Below, one piece after another: positions 60,690 to 64,000 of a DNA stretch of 64,000 nucleotides. The stretch is from Hypanus sabinus (Eukaryota). Where the stretch lies: positions 80,724,001 to 80,788,000 of the forward strand of contig NC_082720.1 in the NCBI RefSeq assembly GCF_030144855.1, in the 5' to 3' direction. The notes below the pieces were generated by a model that saw only the letters and a program-made list of their open reading frames with translations, searched no databases and had not been told where the DNA came from. The number at the start of each line of letters is the position of its first letter. The first letter of the stretch is position 1. The position numbers were made by a program, and so were the translations under genes.

Positions 60690-61945
60690 ACCTGGACAAT
60701 ACATCTTCCCACCCTGTTAATTGTAAAAATGCCATCCTCTTCTCTCAATTCTTCCGGCTACACCACATCTGTTTTTAGGATGAGGCATTTCATTTCATGT
60801 CCTCCTTTTTCAAAGAAAGGGGCTTCCCTTCCCTCACCATCAACACTGCCCTCAACCACATCTCTTCCACTTCACACACATCTGCACTTACCCCATCCTC
60901 CTGCCACCCTGCCAGGGATAGGGTTCCTCTTGTCCTCACCTACCACCCCACCAGCCTTTGCATCCAGCACATAATTCTCTGGAACATCCGCCATCTCCAA
61001 CGGGATCCCACCACCAAGCACATCTTTCCCTCCCCACCCCCCAACCACTTTCTGCTTTCTGCAGGGATTGCTCCCTATTTGATTCCCTTTTCCATTCGTC
61101 CTTCTCCACTGATCTCCCTTCTGGTACTTATCCTTACAAGCCGAACAAGTTTTACACCTGTCCCTATACCTCCTCCCTCACTACAATTCAGGGCCACAAA
61201 CAGTCCTTCCAGGTGAGGCAACACTTCACCTGTTGCCTCTGCGTCCGGTGCTCCCAGAGTGGCCTCCTGTATATCGGTGAGACCCGACGTAGATTGGGAG
61301 ACCACTTCGTCGAGCACCTACGCTCTGTCCTCCAGAAAAAGTGGGCTCTCACAGTGACCACCCATTTTAATTTCATTTCCTCTTCCAATATGTCTATCCA
61401 TGGCCTCCTCTACTGTTGTAATGAGACCCACACTCAGGTTGGAGGAACAACACCTTGTATTCCATCTGGGAAGCCGCCAACCTGATGGCATGAACATCAA
61501 TTTCTTGAATATTTGGTAATGTCCCCTTTGTCCTTCACTATTCCCCATCCTCTTTCCCTCTCTCACCTTATGTCTTTACCTGCCCATCGCCTCCCTCTGG
61601 TGCTCCTCTCCCTATTTCTGTTTTTCCTTTGCTTTCTGTCCTCTCCTATCAGAAACCCCGCTCCCTTCTCCTTCTCTGTATCTCTTTAACCAATCAACTT
61701 CCCAGCTCTTTACTTCATCCTTCCGCCTCCTGGTTTCACCTATCACCCTGTGTGTCTCTCTCTCCCTCCCCCCCCTACCTTTTAAATCTACTCCTCATCT
61801 TTTTTTCCTCCAGTCCTGCTGCAGGGTCTTGGTTCGAAATGTCGACTGTACTCTTTTCCATAGATGCCGCCTGGCTTGCTGAGTTCCTCCAGCATTTTGT
61901 GTGTGTTGCTCGGATTTCCAGCAACTGCGGATTTTCTCTTGTTTA
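60690..61945 (+). mobile_element. Penelope-like element 3' part (GIY-YIG plus pseudo-LTR end)
   Basis: MSSFFKERGFP, RVPLVLTYHP, LLYIGETRRRLGDHFVEHLRS; degenerate hammerhead at 61811-61848. Confidence 0.9.
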
Positions 61946-63599
61946 TCATTTACCAAAATCTGGCTTTAAAATACAAACTCATAAAAGATACCACACCTTA
62001 CTATGAATCCAATCCCGATCCAGTTTGGAGTCAGGGTCCTACAAACTATTTTACGACCAATCCATTATTACAAATAGGACAATCCATAATAACTGTCTGG
62101 ATATAATATTACAGGATAAACAAGCAAGGGACAACTTACTTAATAAATATAGCTATTCCAAACACACGTAGCAGAAATCAAAAGTGAAAAACATCAGAAA
62201 TGTGCTGAATTGAAAGAGGAAATTGAAAGACTATGATCATGAACAAGATGTACATTGTCCTGATAGTAATATCTACAACCAGTGTCAGCCCAAAGTCACT
62301 ACACAATAGCATTAAGTAATTAGGACTTCGCAACAATATTTATGTAAATTGCCAGAAAGCTACCACTAGAATAGCCTGAAAGTTCATAGCAATTGAGAAA
62401 TGAGTGTGCTTGGCTATGTCTGTACCTCAAGTTTTACCAGCTTGAGCTGAGGAAAAAAATAACAATATAATAATAATATATCCAAGTCCCAGAATGTCAT
62501 GGCCTGTAGATTGATGGTGTATGGGAGGTTGTCCTTGAACAACATTTTCTGCAAGAACAAGCAGCAGTTCCTCATTTCACACCGAATATAGCTGCAGATG
62601 AACTCAGACAAGCTTGTGCTTCACCAAGTGAACACTAGGGGGCAGCACTGATGGGAAGGATCAGCTCCCAATACAGAACCCAGAATCTGTGCCTTAAACT
62701 AGATCCCTGTTTTACATATATTTTTCTTCTGTGCATATGAACTCGTACTACTTCATTGCTGTAAAAATGTAGAACAAGGTGAGAAATGCATTCACAATTG
62801 ACACAGAATGCTTTAGACATACATGGTTTAGGGGACTACTCAGTTGAAAAGTAATTTATGCAATTAAGGACTATATTCGTTTCACAATTGAACATATGCT
62901 GGAATCCAATCCAAATAACTTAAACCAATGTCATTAGGTTCAAACGTAGTGACAGAATTGAGATAGATAGCTGGCTGGGTGACTTCTGTATTGACAAACT
63001 TCGTCTTCTAATCTATTGCAGGTTCAATAGCACCATCTCATGGCAGGAAATATTTATAATTAAAAACACTGATTTGGTTCTGTAAAATGTATCATTTGAT
63101 TAAGAGTGACAGAAGCAAACAGGCTATTCTTTAAATTTAAGAACTTGAGACCTGCAAGGGTATTTCCACACTGCGACTTTCTCATTTTGTATATTCTTTC
63201 TCATGATTCCTACCAAAGTCCAAATTTCAAGTGCTGATTCCTAAACTGCTGTGAATGAAAAAAGAAAATAAATGGAAAATTGGGGGAAACTGTAGAACCA
63301 AAATTGATATTGATAACTTTTGTGGAAAAACTAAATAGATATCAAGTAGGAAAAAATGTATTATTAACATTTCCCTAGTAGTCCAACTATCACACAGTAT
63401 TCTGCAGAGAACATGGCCTAATCTTTCTATACAGCTCACAGCTGCCTTTTAGCCTGCTACTGCTAACTGATGTTCATAATATATTCTACTCTGAACACCT
63501 CAACCCAAAATTTCGGAAACCATTTTTCTAGTACAATAATACATATATATTAAGAAATGGGTTTATTATCGTAACATGTACCAAGATACAGTGAGGCTC

Positions 63600-64000
63600 C
63601 AACTCTCCCCCTCTTCTTGGACACCCCATTTGGGTTCACTGCCTGCTCTAGATCTTTTTCATCTCTAATTGATGATGAGACATCAACCAGCTCAACTTCA
63701 GCACTCACCTCTCGTCCTCGAACCTTACCCTGTCTGAACACACTGCCTCCACTCTCTCCACACCAATCCCAATTTCACCTTCAAACATGCAGACAGAGGC
63801 AGTGCTCCTGTGGTGTGGTGGACTGAGCTCTGCTTTGTTGAGGCCAGATGGCAACTCTCGGGTGCCCTTTTTTACTTATCTTTGAAAAACATCCCATTCA
63901 GATCCATCAGGACATTGTCTCTGGCAGCATCACAAACCTCATCAACTCTGAAGAACTCCCAACCACTCCACCAAACACACAGTTCCCCTTATTCTGGACT
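63600..64000 (+). mobile_element. Penelope-like ORF fragment (pre-RT region), runs off the window
   Basis: Decayed KHADRG-APVVW motif, similar to PLE KPADKGGAVVVW. Confidence 0.55.

Noticed and set aside
34400-64000. Next host gene (an SLC22A4/5-like gene would be expected from human synteny)
   Set aside because: No matching exon recognised; ORFs here are TE-derived or have no recognisable homology.
1-64000. CRISPR arrays, rRNA/tRNA genes, prokaryotic systems
   Set aside because: Eukaryotic intron/exon DNA with no regular repeat-spacer array; tRNA-like pieces are decayed SINE heads or the ERV PBS.

Overview
Repeat-rich vertebrate DNA, most likely from a cartilaginous fish (ray-like; inferred from the CR1/HER1, V-SINE, Rex1/Babar and Penelope repertoire). 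The only host gene I can support is the 3' part of a PDZ-LIM gene, best matching PDLIM4/RIL, on the + strand. It has four coding exons at 15281-15468, 20047-20204, 28802-28922 and 29416-29611, giving 220 aa with ZM, AM and LIM regions; the PDZ exons were not found in the window. One intron holds a full-length 6.15-kb L1 (- strand, 12-bp TSD, intact ORF1, ORF2 with two frameshifts, YY1 motif at the 5' end). The rest is transposable elements: many CR1 fragments, Rex1/Babar ends, Tigger/Tc1/hAT DNA elements and two solo LTRs. There is also a decayed endogenous retrovirus with a spuma/ERV-L/loki-like RT and tRNA-Leu PBS. Numerous Penelope-like (GIY-YIG) elements are present. Their 3' ends carry minimal hammerhead ribozyme motifs and have also inserted as 100-190-bp TSD-flanked units, some as foldback hairpins; two distinct families are visible. 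All identifications are by eye and from remembered family motifs; no searches were run. Most repeat boundaries without TSDs are approximate.
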